Below, piece after piece: positions 37,537 to 50,417 of a DNA stretch of 64,000 nucleotides; position 1 is the stretch's first letter, and the number at the start of each line of letters is the position of its first letter. The translations under genes and the position numbers were made by a program. The notes under the pieces were generated by a model. It was given only the letters and a program-made list of their open reading frames with translations, had not been told where the DNA came from and did not search any database. The stretch is from NCBI GenBank assembly GCA_977017645.1, contig OZ360232.1, forward strand, positions 40,734,001-40,798,000, given 5' to 3'. The stretch is from Torpedo marmorata (taxonomy: Eukaryota).

Positions 37537-38613
37537 ATATAACCATATAACCATATAACATTTACAGCACAGAAACAGGCCAGTTCGGCCCTTCGAGTCC
37601 ATGCCGAACATATTCTCCCACCTAGTTCCACTGACCCGCACCCGGCCCATAACCCTCCACACCTCTCTCGTCCATATACCTATCCAACTTTTCCTTAAAC
37701 ATTAAAATTGAACCTGCGTCTACCACTTCGGCCGGAAGCTCGTTCCACCCTCCTACCACCCTCTGAGTGAAGAAATTCCCCCTCATGTTTCCTCTAAACT
37801 TTTCCCCCTTCAATCTCAATCTTGTCCACATTGACTCTATCTTTCCCCTTCATAATTTTAAATACCTCTATCAAATCACCCCTCAACCTTCTACGCTCCA
37901 GGGAATAAAGTCCCAGCCTGTTCAACCTTTCCCTATAACTCAAACCCAGAAACCCAGGCAACATTCTTGTAAATCTCCTCTGCACTCTTTCTATTCTGTT
38001 TATATCCTTCCTGTAATTCGGCGACCAAAACTGCACACAATATTCCAAATTTGGCCTCACCAATGCCTTATACAACTTCAACATGACATCCCAACTCCTG
38101 TATTCAATACTCTGATTTATGAAGGCCAACATACCAAATGCCTTCTTCACCACCCTATCTACGTGTGACTCAACTTTCAGGGAATTATGTACCAGAATTC
38201 CTAAATCCCTCTGTTCTACTGCACTTCTCAATTGTCTTCCATTTAACATGTATGACCTTTGCTGATTAATCCTACCAAAATGTAGCACCTCACATTTATC
38301 AGTATTAAACTCCATCTGCCATGTTCCCGCCCACTCTTCTAACTGTCCAATATCCCCCTGCAAGCTTTGATATCCTTCTTCACTGTTCACAACACCACCA
38401 ATCTTCGTATCATCTGCATACTTACTAATCCAATTTACCACCCTATCATCTAGATCATTAATATATGACAAACAACAATGGACCCAGTACCAATCCCTGA
38501 GGCACTCCATTAGTCACCGGCCTCCAATTTGACAAACAATTTTCCACCACTACTCTCTGGCATCTCCTATCCAACCATTGTTGAATCCATTTCACTACTT
38601 CGTTGTTAATACC
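37537..38613 (-). mobile_element. CR1 3' fragment nested in the Penelope ORF
   Basis: YINDLD..WISKYADDTKIGG...LVRPNLEYCVQFWSP, with an (TTATATGG)n tail as at 47157. Confidence 0.9.
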
Positions 38614-39532
38614 TAATGTCCTCCTTCTTCAAAGAACGTGGCTTTCCCTCTACCACCATCAACTCGGCACTCACCCGCATATCTTCCATTACCCACACAT
38701 CTGCCCTGGCCCCCTTCGTCCCCACTCGAACAAGGATAGGATCCCTCTTGTCCTCACCTACCACCCCACCAGCCTCCGAATCCAACACATCCTCCTCCAC
38801 CATTGCCGCCACCTACTATGTGATCCCACCACTAGACACATATTCCCCTCTCTGCCTTCCGCAGGGACCGCTCCCTCCGTGACTCCCTTGTCCACTCCTC
38901 CCTCCCCACCAATCGTCCCCTTGGGACCAAACCTGTGACCGCAGGAGATGCTCCACCTGCGCCCACACGTCCTCCCTCAGAACCATTCGGGGCCCCAAAC
39001 AGTCCTTCCAAGTGAAGCAACATTTCACTTGTGAATCTGCAGGGGTCATCTACTGCATCCAGTGCTCCCGTTGTGGCCTCCTCTACATCGGAGAGACTGG
39101 ACGCTGACTGGGAGGTCGCTTTGTTGAGCACCTCAGCTCTGTCAGCCGCAATAGCGTGGATCTCCCAGTGGCCACCCATTTCAGTTCTCCATCCCATTCC
39201 CTTGCCGCAATGTCTGTCCATGTTCTCATGTACTGCCAGACTGAGATCACCCATAAATTGGAGGAACAACACCTCATCTTCTGACGGCACCCTCCAACCG
39301 GATGGCATTAATATTGACTTCTCTGGCTTTCGTTAAACACCCCCCCCCCACCAAGCCCCCTGCTTCCCCTGTCGTTTCTCCATTCCCTGTCTCCTTCCGC
39401 ACAGACATGATAAATTCTACCTAGTCCCTTATCACATCCAATGAACACCTTTTGTTGGTCTGGATTCCTCCCCCATTGTTTGAATTCTGAGACTTTCTGA
39501 TATATCCTGCTTCTGCCTTTTATGATTTTTCC

Positions 39533-39560
39533 TTGAAGAAGGTCTCAGGCCCGAAACGTC
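39533..39560 (+). ncRNA. Putative minimal type-I hammerhead ribozyme motif in the Penelope pLTR
   Basis: YTGANGA-A-stem/loop-GAAACGTC layout, flanked by CC/GG and U/A tracts able to form a short helix I. Position 3 is U rather than C, so activity is uncertain. Confidence 0.55.
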
Positions 39561-39747
39561 GGCAAAATATCTTTGTCTCATATAGATGCTGAAAAGACCA
39601 GCTGAGTTCCTCCAGCATTTCGGTGTTTTTACTACAGTCACAGCGTCTGCAGCCTATCGTGTTTCACTCAACACACATCCTGGGCCCCCTCGCTGTCCTT
39701 AGGTATTTGCCACTATTCCAGCATAAGCATTAACCAAGTTGTATTTT

Positions 39748-40680
39748 GAATTAGAATTATTAGTTACTAAAGGAGATGTCAATAAATTTATTTCTCAAAT
39801 GTATAAATTGTTTCAGAGGAAATTTCCTAAAGTAGGAATTCATAAATCAAGATTAAAATGGGAATTAGATTTGAATGTAATAATAGATGAAAATCATTAG
39901 AAAGAATTATGTAAATTAAGCATGACGAAGATTATTAATGTTAGATATAGATTAGTACAATACAATTTTTTTCATCAATTATGTTTAACACCTAAAAAAT
40001 TAAAGAAATGTAATCCGACATTATCAGGTTTATGTTTTAGATGTAATAAAGAGGAAGGTTCTTTTGTACATTCTACATGGTTTTGTCCAAAAGTTTATGA
40101 TTTTTGGTTGAAAGTTAAACATTTTTTAGATAAAGTATTTAAGATTACATTTCCAATGGATCCTATGATATTTTTGTTCGGAGATATTAGAAAATTTAGT
40201 ATCAAGATGAAATTAAACATGTATCAAATAGAATTTTTGCGAATTGCTTTAGCTGTTTCAAAGAAATGTATTGCTATTACTTGGAAATCTGATTTAGATT
40301 TAGGATAAGAAAGATGGCATGCAGAACTTCGTTCGTGTATACCACTTGAAAAAATTACTTATAATTTACGTAACAAATATCATTTTTTCTTAAAAATTTG
40401 GAGCCCATATATGAAAGTTGTTAGTTTAAGGATTTGAAGATCTCTGGGTATCGGATCTACTGGCGAACCTGACCTCCACAATAGAATTAGTTTATAGATG
40501 TATGTTTTTTTTTCTTTTAGATTGGCATTCTCCTTACTCTATCTTTTTCCTTCTTTTTTCTTTTTCTTTCTCTATTTTTATTTTATATTTTTATATTTTA
40601 TTAGATTAGTGGGGTTGGGAGGGTTGGGGAGGGGAGGGAGGGAGGGGGGGTTAAAATATATCACAAATATTTTGATAATT
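39748..40680 (+). mobile_element. L1 ORF2 3' fragment with stops; poly-A absent
   Basis: ORF 39922-40308 is near-identical to the other L1 C-termini and is followed by a G-rich 3' UTR. Confidence 0.9.
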
Positions 40681-40863
40681 TCATGTTTCCTTCACTGAGC
40701 TGTCAACAAGATATTACAAGCATTCCAATGATACCATTATATTGGAACAACCCTGATTGGTAACAAGCATTAACCTGTTCTTCAACTTCAATCTCTTGCT
40801 GTCCCCAGCAACCACATAATCTTTGCCTGTCTCACTACGTTATATAAATGCATTCCAATAGAT

Positions 40864-41874
40864 CAGCCATTCTCAACCATTTTTCAGCTATGGCCATCCT
40901 AGGGCCCTGCTCAAAATTTATTAGCCCCCTTCCCTGTGAAGCAGTGCCCATTTCTCACTGCTACCATCAGGAAGGAGGTACAGGAGCCTGAAGACACACT
41001 TTCAATGGTACAAAAGCAGCTTCTTTCCCTCCACCATCAGATTTCTGAATGGACAATGAACCTATGGACAGTACCTCACTTTTTATCTCTTTTGCAATAA
41101 TTTAAATCTTGTATTTACAGAATTGCAAGTTATAGTAATTTTTGCACTTTGTTCTGCACATTATTGCTGTTGCAAAACAACAAATTTCATGACACATGTT
41201 CATACATCACAGTGTGGTACGGTTGCTGCAGAGAAATGGATCGGAGGTCAATCCACAGGTCCATAAGAGTGGCAGAGAGGATCAATTGCGTCTCCCTCCC
41301 TCCCATCGACGTGATCTACCGGGATCATTGTCTGAAGAGGGCGCGCAAAATCATTGAGGACCCTTATCACCTCACACACAGCATCTTTCAGCTGCTCCCA
41401 TCAGGGAAGAGATACAGGAGTATCAGAGCCAGCACCACCAGGCTGAGGAACAGCTTCTTCCCACGGGCAATGAGAATGCTGAACGACCAAAGGAACTGCC
41501 CACAGTAACCATCCGAGACTCTCATATGTACAAAACAATATTTATTTATTTATTTGTATAGATGAAATACTTGTCCTGCATATGTATTGTTTGTAAGTGT
41601 GTTATGTCTGGTTGTGTATCTGCATATTTTGCTCCGAGGAATGTAGAACGCTGTTTCGTCGGGTTGTACTTGTACAATCAGATGACAATAAACTTGACTT
41701 GGCTTGATTTGACTTGACAATAAACTTGATTCTGATTCAGATTCTGAATCTGAAGTTTACTTGGTTTCTTCCATACTTCTCTCCTACCGACTACATAAAA
41801 ATATAAAAAATTATTTAAGATTTCAGTCCGGGGCTCCCCTTAAATTCTCATGCGGACCACGTTGAGAATGGATG
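40864..41874. mobile_element. hAT (Charlie-like) MITE split by two nested Rex1-like 3' fragments (~40948-41752)
   Basis: TIRs CAGCCATTCTCAAC / GTTGAGAATGGATG and an imperfect 8-bp TSD CAATAGAT/CATTGGAT. The inserts carry LLPSG.RYRS motifs and (ACTTG)n/(ATTCTG)n tails. Confidence 0.7.
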
Positions 41875-41914
41875 CATTGGATATTCCACATGGTCAGTTC
41901 TCCTGTTTTTTTTT

Positions 41915-42165
41915 ATTTTTAATTTAGACATACAGCACGGTAACAGGCCATTTCAGCCCACGAGTCCATGCCGCCCAATTTACACCCAATTAACCTACAC
42001 CCCTGGTACGTTTCGAATGGTGGGAGGAAACCGGAGCCCCCGGGGAAAACCCACTCCTTACAGACAGCGGGGGATTCGAACCCCGGTCCCGATCGGTGGC
42101 GCTGTAAAGGCGTTGCGCTAACTGCTACGCCAACCGTGCTGTCCGCTACGCCAACCGTGCCGCCA
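41915..42165 (-). mobile_element. tRNA-derived SINE with tandemly duplicated 5' end
   Basis: GCTACGCCAACCGTGC occurs twice at 42124-42160. A B box is present. Confidence 0.85.
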
Positions 42166-42574
42166 AGATGTGTTTCCATCTGGGCATGGGTTAGTTTCTG
42201 GAAGTCCATCCATGGTTGTCTGCACAATTGTGAGGCCAATGAAATGGTATTGAGAGGAAGGACTTCTGTCATTGGACTTTTAGGGGCTGGGACCAGTGTC
42301 AGAGCCCCTCAAACAACTGAAGTTTGTATTACCCCAGGGGACAACAGGGCTGGCAAATATGTGCCAACCCAACGTATAGAACCAAGAACACTGTGTAAGT
42401 GTAGACTAAACATCACTATGAATATAAAGAGCCAAGCCTGTTTTTTTGGACTTGTGTATATTTTTGTTATCATGAATAAAAATTGGCTTTTGAAATTAAA
42501 TTACACAAAAGCACATTCCTGGGATCCGTGACATCAAATCCAACTAATCAAGATAGCTTCAACCAGCCCCTGCA

Positions 42575-44285
42575 GATTCAAGATTTGTTTCCTTCATTGT
42601 CATGTAATAGTACAGAACATGTAATATTACACAAAATTGCCTTCTGCCTGCCGTACGGCAGACAAAGAGTACCCATTAGTGTTAACCGGCGCCCCTTAGA
42701 GAGAAAGAGAAGCAAAAGAGATTCCCTCAGAGTCACTGAGTGTCCGTGGATTCGCCTCCAGTGCTCCCACAGCCTCTGCATCCGCACGGACTCCAGTTCG
42801 ATTAATCAGCCACCCGAGCTCCAGATCCAAACCCCCGACACGATCAGGAAGCCTCCAGGGCCTCAGGTCCTTCAGAAGACCTTCTTGTCCTCAGCACCCT
42901 CTGGAATCCCAGCTTCGACACCTGGTTCCCATGAGCCAATCTCCAGCAGCCTGCAGGTCCCTCAGTCGCTGAGTCTCGCGCTTGTCCGCTGCCGTGGTCA
43001 CCGTCCTGTAGGGTTGTCTCCTCTGCTTCTCCTTCTCAACGGGGGGTGCTCTTCCCGTTTCTGGTGCCCTGCACCAGTCCGCTCCTCCTCTGGAGTCTGC
43101 AACCCCTCGTGGCCGCTGCCGAGCTCAGGTACCGCCATCTTGTTTAGATTACGGTTTGAATGGTTTTGTGGCTAAGTTTGCGGATGACACCAAGATAAGT
43201 GGTGGAGTAGAAAGTGTTGAAGAAATCGAAAGGTTGCAGAGAGACCTGGACAGCTTAGGAGAGTGGGCAAAGAAATGGCAGATGAGATATAATGTTGAGA
43301 AATGCACGGTTGCACATTTTGGAAGAGGAAATAAACAGGCAGATTATTATTTGGATGGGGAGAAAATTCAAAATTCGGAGGTGCAAAGGGACTTGGGGGT
43401 CCTTGTGCAGGATAACCTAAAGGTTAACCACCAGGTTGGATCGGCAGTAAAAAAGCGAATGCTATGTTGGCATTCATTTCAAGAGGGATAATGTATAAGA
43501 GTAAAGAGGTGTTGACGAGGCTCTGGTGAGACCTCATTTGGAGTACTATGTGCAGTTTTGGGCCCCTTATCTTAGAAGGAATGTAATAATGTTGGAGAGA
43601 GTACAGAGAAGATTTACCAGGATGATTCCTGGAATGCAGGAGCTAACATATGAGGAACGTTTAGCGGCTCTTGGACTGTATTCTTTGGAGTACAGAAGAT
43701 TGAGAGGGGATCTCATCGAAACATTTTGAATACTGAAAGGATTGGACAGAGTAGATGGAAATAAGATGTTTCCCTTGGTGGGTGAATCCAGGACAAGAGG
43801 GCACAGTCTTAGAATGAGAGGGTACCCATTTAAAACAGAGATGATGTGGAATTTCTTTAGCCAGAGGTTCGTGGACTTGTGGAATTCGTTGCCACATACA
43901 GCTGTGGAGGCCCGAACTTTGGGGGATTTTAAGGAGGAGATTGACAGGTATCTGATTGGTCAGGGTATAAAGGGATATGGGGAAAAGGCCGGAAATTGGA
44001 ATTAGATGTGAGAACAGTTTAGCTCAGGGTGGAGTTGCAGAACAGACTCGATGGGCCGAATGGCCTATTTCTGTTCCTTTATCTTGTGATCTTGTGATCT
44101 TGGGTCAGACCTCCGCGGTTGCAGGATTTTACTTATAAACACCGTCGGCTCCTTTAACAGGCCGTTTAAAGCCTGAACGGAGCACCGGCAATAGGACCTG
44201 GCGGTCAAACCCTTCGGAGCAGCAATGTGTCTCTGCTCCCTGCTCTCCTGGGCCTGCACCAGTGGCAGCGCTGCCATTACAGTGC
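42575..44285 (-). mobile_element. GC-rich retroelement split by a plus-strand CR1 (~43150-44100)
   Basis: The element halves are at 42575-43142 and 44097-44285. The CR1 has KFADDTKI and an (ATCTTGTG)n tail. ATCTTG occurs at both junctions. Confidence 0.8.
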
Positions 44286-44749
44286 TCTGATAGGAGAAGG
44301 AAGGGATCATGTACCATCCTGACCTGGATGGTACCATCCTGACTTGGGTGGCCTGAAGGGCTCAGGCCTGAAACATCAGTAATATATCTTATGGGCGCTC
44401 CTATGGACGCTGCAAGACGGGCCGAGTTCCTCCAGAATTTCTGTGTTTTGACTACAATCACAGCGTCTGCAGACTTTCGTGTTTCACTGGGAATATATCA
44501 CCCATTCCTTCATTGTCAATGGGTCGAACTCATAGAACTCCCTCTCCAGAGCAACTTCACCAGCAGAACAGCAGTGGTTCAAGAAGCTACTCACCAGCAC
44601 CACCTTCTCAATGAAACTAAAGATGGACAATTAGTGCGGACATTGCCAACAATGGCACATCCCGACAATTAGTTAAAAATATGCTCTTTTAGTTCCCCCG
44701 TGAACAGGATTGGTTTTGCAATCGAGGTCCAGCCATGATTGATTTCCCC

Positions 44750-45438
44750 TTGATTGAGGACTCCTTCCACCCTGCACACAGCATCTTTCAGTTGTTCTCA
44801 TCGGGAAAGACGTACAGGAGTATCAGAGCACCACTAGGCTGAGGAACAGCTTCTTCCCACGGGCAGTGAGAATGCTGAACAACCAAAGGAACTGCTCACA
44901 CTAACCATCCGAGACTCTCATATTTATGTAACAATATTTATTTATTTGTACATATGAATACTTGTCCTGCATATGTATTATTTGTCTGTATGTGTGTTAT
45001 GTCTCGTTGTGTGTCTGCATGTTTTGCACCAAGGACCGGAGAACGCTGTTTTGTCGGGTTGTACTTGTGCAATCAGATGACAATAAACTTGACTTGACTT
45101 GACTTTTTTTTTGAATATTTTATTTAATTTTTTTTAATAATACAATTTTACCCCATCCCTTCTCCCCCTCCCCCCAACCACCCCCCCCCTCCAAAAATGC
45201 ATTTATATCACAAATATCTATAAGTATATATAAAAAAAAAGAAAATAGAAAGTAAAGCGAAAAAATAAATTTTTGGATTGCATAGAGGAGCACCATTCGT
45301 GACACATCTCAACATATATAAATACATTTAGAGGATGATCTCGCAGTTCTGGAGCTGTTTAAAACCTCTTTACAAATTTAATCTCATTATTTGGGTATAC
45401 GGGCGCCATATTTGCAAAAAAGACGACTTGACTTGATC
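44750..45438. mobile_element. Rex1-like 3' end (+) with a short antisense L1-like 3' end (~45106-45424) inserted in its (GACTT)n tail
   Basis: Poly-T, TTTATT, a C-rich tract and a FLQIWRPY C-terminus on the minus strand. GACTTGACTT is repeated on both sides. Confidence 0.7.
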
Positions 45439-45494
45439 ATTGTTCAGCTGATTACATTTACAGACCATGTTTAAATGGTGGGGTGTTAGCCACT

Positions 45495-46730
45495 GTTTAG
45501 TGATATTTATATTGCAGGGGGATGATCATTTCAGGGTGATATTCACTGCTAGGACCTGCTTACAATGTCAATGACATTCATTATCAAGTCACAGTCAGAA
45601 GTCAGAGTAACCTGGTTAAGCTTAGGGCTAATAATGTGGGCCACGCAATCAACAAATAGGTTAAAACTGCAACATCATCAATATGATAGTCCTGATAAGA
45701 AATGTAATTACTTTTATCCATGATCATACTTATAATTTAGTAAATTATTTAAAATTAATCAAAAATTAATACTTATGTTGTGCATTGATATTCAAATGTC
45801 GGTGATATTTATAGTGTTGGATGACATTGATGTTTACATTACAGAACAGTATGCACATTGTTGGGTGATATATTGTAGGAAGGTAGGGTATTTTTCACAT
45901 TGTAAGGTAATATTTGTGCTTTACTGTGACATTTATTACAAAATGATATTTATTGTTAGATGAATTGTAGGATATGTTTATTGCAGAGAAATCATTTTAG
46001 TGTGATATTTACATTATATGTTATTTTACTATGATATTGGCATCATTTGTGACATTTATGCTTAAGTCTGATATTCATCGCAGGCTATAAAGTTAAGACA
46101 ATATGTTGCAGGAGATATCATTGAGGAATATTGTAAGAAAAATAGAGGGCTTCGGGTATGAGGTCAGGAAGGATTAGACTGGAGTAGGATTTTATATAGG
46201 TCTGCAATATCGGGGGCAAAATGGCCTGTACTGTGCTGTAATGTTCTGTGTTCTCATTTTAATTTTGGATAAAATTAATTGCTGGCAAATATTCACTGTT
46301 GTCTGATATTTGCACTGATTGATGTCATTTATTGTCGTGCATTATGTCAAGTGTAGGGTGATATTTGCATTGCAATGTAATATTCATTAGAGGATAGTGC
46401 TTATATTGGAAGTTGATACTTTGGATAATAAACATGAATATTCATTGCATTTGTGATTTTCATTGAAGGTATTAGATACGTTATGGATTACATTTATTGT
46501 TGAGCGATTGGGAAAGAGAAGGGTTACATGCAGGGAGATTCACGTTGTTACGAGATAATCACTTTGTGGGGCGATGTTTATTGTATGCAATGATATTCAT
46601 TGCAGAATGGTGTTTACATTATAAAGTGACTTTCATTCCAGTGTGACATTTATTGAAGAACGATATTCATTGATATTTCATCATATTGTTATATTTCTAC
46701 TGTGGGTAATAAAATTACATTGCACTGTGA
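45495..46730. repeat. Highly degenerate AT-rich tandem repeat (TGATATTYAYATTG-like), resuming at ~50185-50760 and ~51430
   Basis: Variants of GATATT(T/C)A(C/T)ATTG recur every few tens of bases. Confidence 0.55.
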
Positions 46731-49700
46731 TGACCAGTGAGGGTTCAGCGGCTGAAGGACCCACACAGGCTGCGGGCTTTTGGCGACTTGAGGTCAAAGG
46801 ACCCACACAGGCTTTGGCCTGCTGGAGACTGGCTCATGGGAACCAGGTATCCGAACCGGGATTCGAGAGGGTGCTGAGGGCAAGAAGGGTTCCCAAAGGG
46901 CCTCAGGCGCTGAAAGCTTCCTGATTGTGTCGGGGGATTGGATCTGGAGGTCGTGTTGCCAATGGATAAAACAGGAGTCTGTGTGGCTGCAGAAGCTACG
47001 GGAGCGCTGGAGGCAAATCCACAGACACTCAGTGACTATGAAGGGACTCTCTTTTGCTTCTCTTTCTCTTACTGTAAGGGGCGCCGGGCAATACTAATGG
47101 CAACTCTTTGTCTGCCTTACGGAATACCAAAGGAAATTTTATGTAATATTACATTTTAACCATATAACCATATAACCATATAACAATTACAGCACGGAAA
47201 CAGGCCGTTAGGCCCTTCCAGTCCGCACCGAACCAAACATTCCTATCTAGTCCCACCTACCTGCACCCTGCCCATAACCCTCCACTTCCTTCTCATCCAT
47301 ATACTTGTCCAACTTTTTCTTAAATAATAAAATTGACTCTGCCACCACTACTTCTCCCGGAAGCTCATTCCACACCGCTACCACTCTCTGAATAAAGAAG
47401 TTCCCCCTCATGTTACCTCTAAACCTCTGCCCCTTAACTCTTAGCTCATGTCCTCTTGTTTCAATCTCTCCTATTCTTAATGGAAATAGTCTATCCACAT
47501 CCACTCTGTCTATCCCTTTCATAATTTTAAATACCTCTATCAAATCCCCTCTCAACCTTCTACGCTCCAAAGAATAAAGACCTAATATGCTCAATCTCTC
47601 CTTGTACTCTAGATTCTTAAACCCAGGTAACATTCTGGTAAACCTTCTCTGCACTCTCTCCACCTTGTTGATATCCTTCCTATAATTTGGCGACCAGAAC
47701 TGCACACAGAACTCTAAATTAGGCCGCACCAAAGCCTTATATAATCTCAACATCACTTCCCAACTCCTATATTCTATGCAATGATTGATAAAGGCCAGCA
47801 TACTAAAAGCCTTCTTCACCACCCTGTTCACATGAGTTTCCACCTTCAGGGAACGATGCACCGTTATTCCTAAATCTTTCTGCTCTTCTGTATTCATCAA
47901 TGCTCTCCCATTTACTACATATGTCCTGTTCTGATTCTTCTTACCAAAATGAAGCACCTCACACTTATCAGCATTAAACTCCATCTGCCATTTTTCAGCC
48001 CACTTTTCTAAGCAGCCCAAATCCCTCTGCAATCCTTGAAAACCTTCTTCATTATCCACTATTCCACCTATCTTAGTATCATCTGCATATTTACTAATCC
48101 AGTTTACCACCCCATCATCTAGATCATTGATATATATAACGAACAACAATGGGCCCAATACAGATCCCTGAGGCACACCGCTGGTCACCGGCCTCCAACC
48201 TGACAGATAATTATCCACTACCACTCTCTGGCCTCTCCCTTCCAGCCAATGTTCAATCCATTTGACTATCTCAGAATTTATACCTAAAGACTGCACCTTC
48301 CTAACTAACCTTCATGCGGAACCTTATCGAAGGCCTTACTGAAGTCCATATAGACAACATCCACTGCGCTACCCTCATCCACATTCCTAGTCACCTCTTC
48401 AAAAAATTCAATCAGATTGGTCAAACAGGACCTTCCGCTCACAAATCCGTGTTGAGAGTTCCTGATCAGACCCTGTCTATCCAGATATTTATAAGTACTA
48501 TCTCTAAGAACTTTCTCCATTAATTTACCTACCACAGACATCAAACTTACAGGCCGATAATTGCCAGGCTTCCTCCTTGAACCCTTTTTAAATAACGGAA
48601 CCACATGCGCAATACGCCAATCCTCCGGCACTATCCCCATCTCTAATGACATTTGGAAAATCACCGTCAGAGCCTCTGCTATTTCTTCGCTTACTTCTCT
48701 CAAGGTCCTGGGGAAGATCCCGTCGGGTCCCGGAGACTTATCCACCTTTATATGCCTCAAAAGCCCTAACACTACATCTTTCGTAATCCCTATATTCTCC
48801 ATATTTACCCAATTTGCTTTTTTTATCTGGCATATCTCAATATCCTTCTCCTTGGTGAATACCGAAGAAAAGAAACTGTTCAATATCTCCCCCATTTCTC
48901 TAGGCTCCACACACAGTTTTCCGCTCTGATTCTCTAAGGGACCAATTTTGTCCCTCGCTTTCCTTTTACCATTAACGTATTTGTAAAAACCTTTTGGATT
49001 AATTTTCACCCTGCTTGCTATAGTCTCTTCATACCTTCTTTTAGCTTTCCTAATTCCTCTCTTAAGATTCTTTTTACATTCAATGTATTTTTCAAACATC
49101 TCCTTATTTCCATGCTTCTTATACTTAATGTACGCCTCCCTTTTTTTTCGAACCAAGTTTCCAATATTCCTCGAAAACCATGGCTCTCTCAAACCTTTTG
49201 CCCCTCCTTTTAACCTAACAGGAACATAAAGCTTTTGCACTCTCAAAATCTGATCTTTAAAAGACTTCCATCTCTCTACTACATCCTGCCCATAAAACAA
49301 ATTGTCCCAATGCACACCCTGTAAGTCCCTTCGCATCTCCTCAAATCTAGCTTTTCCCCAATCAAAAACCTCAACCCTTGGCCCTGACTTATCTCTTTCC
49401 ATAATGACATTGAAGCTGATGGCATTATGATTACTGGACCTGAAGTGCTCGCCAACACAAACCTCCGTCACTTGACCTATCTCATTTGCCAACAGTAGAT
49501 CTAACACTGCTCCTTCTCTGGTCGGTACCTCTACATATTGTTGTAAAAAACTATCCTGCACACATTTCACAAACTCCAACCCATCCAGCCCTTTCACAGA
49601 ATGTGTTTCCCAATCTATATGTGGAAAATTAAAATCTCCCATAATCACAACCCTGTGCTTATCACAAATATCCACTATCTCCCTACAGATTTGCTCCTCT

Positions 49701-50182
49701 AGGTCTCGGTCCCCTCCGGGTGGTCTATAATACACCCCTACAAGTGTAACTTCTCCTTTCCCACTTCTCAGTTCCACCCAAATAGCCTCCGTGGACGAGC
49801 CCTCTAATCTATCCTGCCTAAGCACCGCTGTAATATTCTCCCTGACAAGCAATGCAACACCACCTCCTCTTGCTCCTCCGACTCTATCACACCTAAAGCA
49901 ACAAAACCCAGGGATATTCAACTGCCAATCACATCCCTCCTGCAACCATGTCTCACTGATGGCTACCACCTCATACTTCCAAGTATCAATCCACACCTTC
50001 AGCTCATCCACCTTTTTTATAATACTCCTGGCATTAAAATATATGAATTTCAGAGATTTCCCACTTCTTAATCTCTGTTTGCCCTTATCTTTAGTAACCT
50101 TCTCTATTACCTGCCCATCCATATTCAAACACTGACTACAAACTTTCTCTGTTTTATTACATGACAATAAAAGAATCTTGAA
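46722..50182 (+). mobile_element. GC-rich retroelement copy (46722-47156 and 50144-50182) split by CR1
   Basis: AATATTACATTT | TCTGTTTTATTACATGACAATAAA is contiguous in intact copies (e.g. 22621-22655). Confidence 0.8.
47157..50143 (-). mobile_element. CR1 LINE with near-intact ORF2 (APE endonuclease plus RT), one frameshift
   Basis: EN motifs are YFNARS, ISETWL, GVYYRPP, MGDFN and LDLLL. RT motifs are DFSKAFDKV, PQGSVLGP and YADD. A single 1-nt deletion lies near 48312, and the tail is (TTATATGG)n. Confidence 0.95.
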
Positions 50183-50417
50183 TGTTTACATGGTTGGGTG
50201 AAACTCATCTTGTTGAGGATGATAGGTACAATCAGACTGCGAAGTTCATTGCAGGGAGAAATTCAGATCATAGAGTGATGTGTACATTGTTTACCAATAT
50301 TTAGAGTATGCAATCATATGTTTCTAGTTGAGATTGATACCATCGATTTTTCCCTGGTATTTACATCCTATGGTGATGGTCAAAGTGCAAGGTGCATTTA
50401 CTTTGTGGAGTGATATT

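Larger units (their letters stand above)
36282..39672 (+). mobile_element. Penelope-like element: inverted 3' segment (36282-37046), RT (37047-37536), GIY-YIG and pLTR (38614-39672)
   Basis: RT reads LNNFSFDSSHFLQVKGVTMSTRMGPSYACLF...LRYIDD. GIY-YIG reads VIYCI.CSRCGLLYIGETGR in both arms. The TSD ACACATCCTGG is at 36271-36281 and 39673-39683. Confidence 0.9.
35738..40839 (-). mobile_element. Possible old LTR (pieces 35738-36281, 39684-39748, 40680-40839) hosting the Penelope and an L1
   Basis: TGTGG...CTACG ends, flanks TTACA/TTATA, and AATAAA on the minus strand at ~35860. Termini and TSD are imperfect. Confidence 0.35.
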
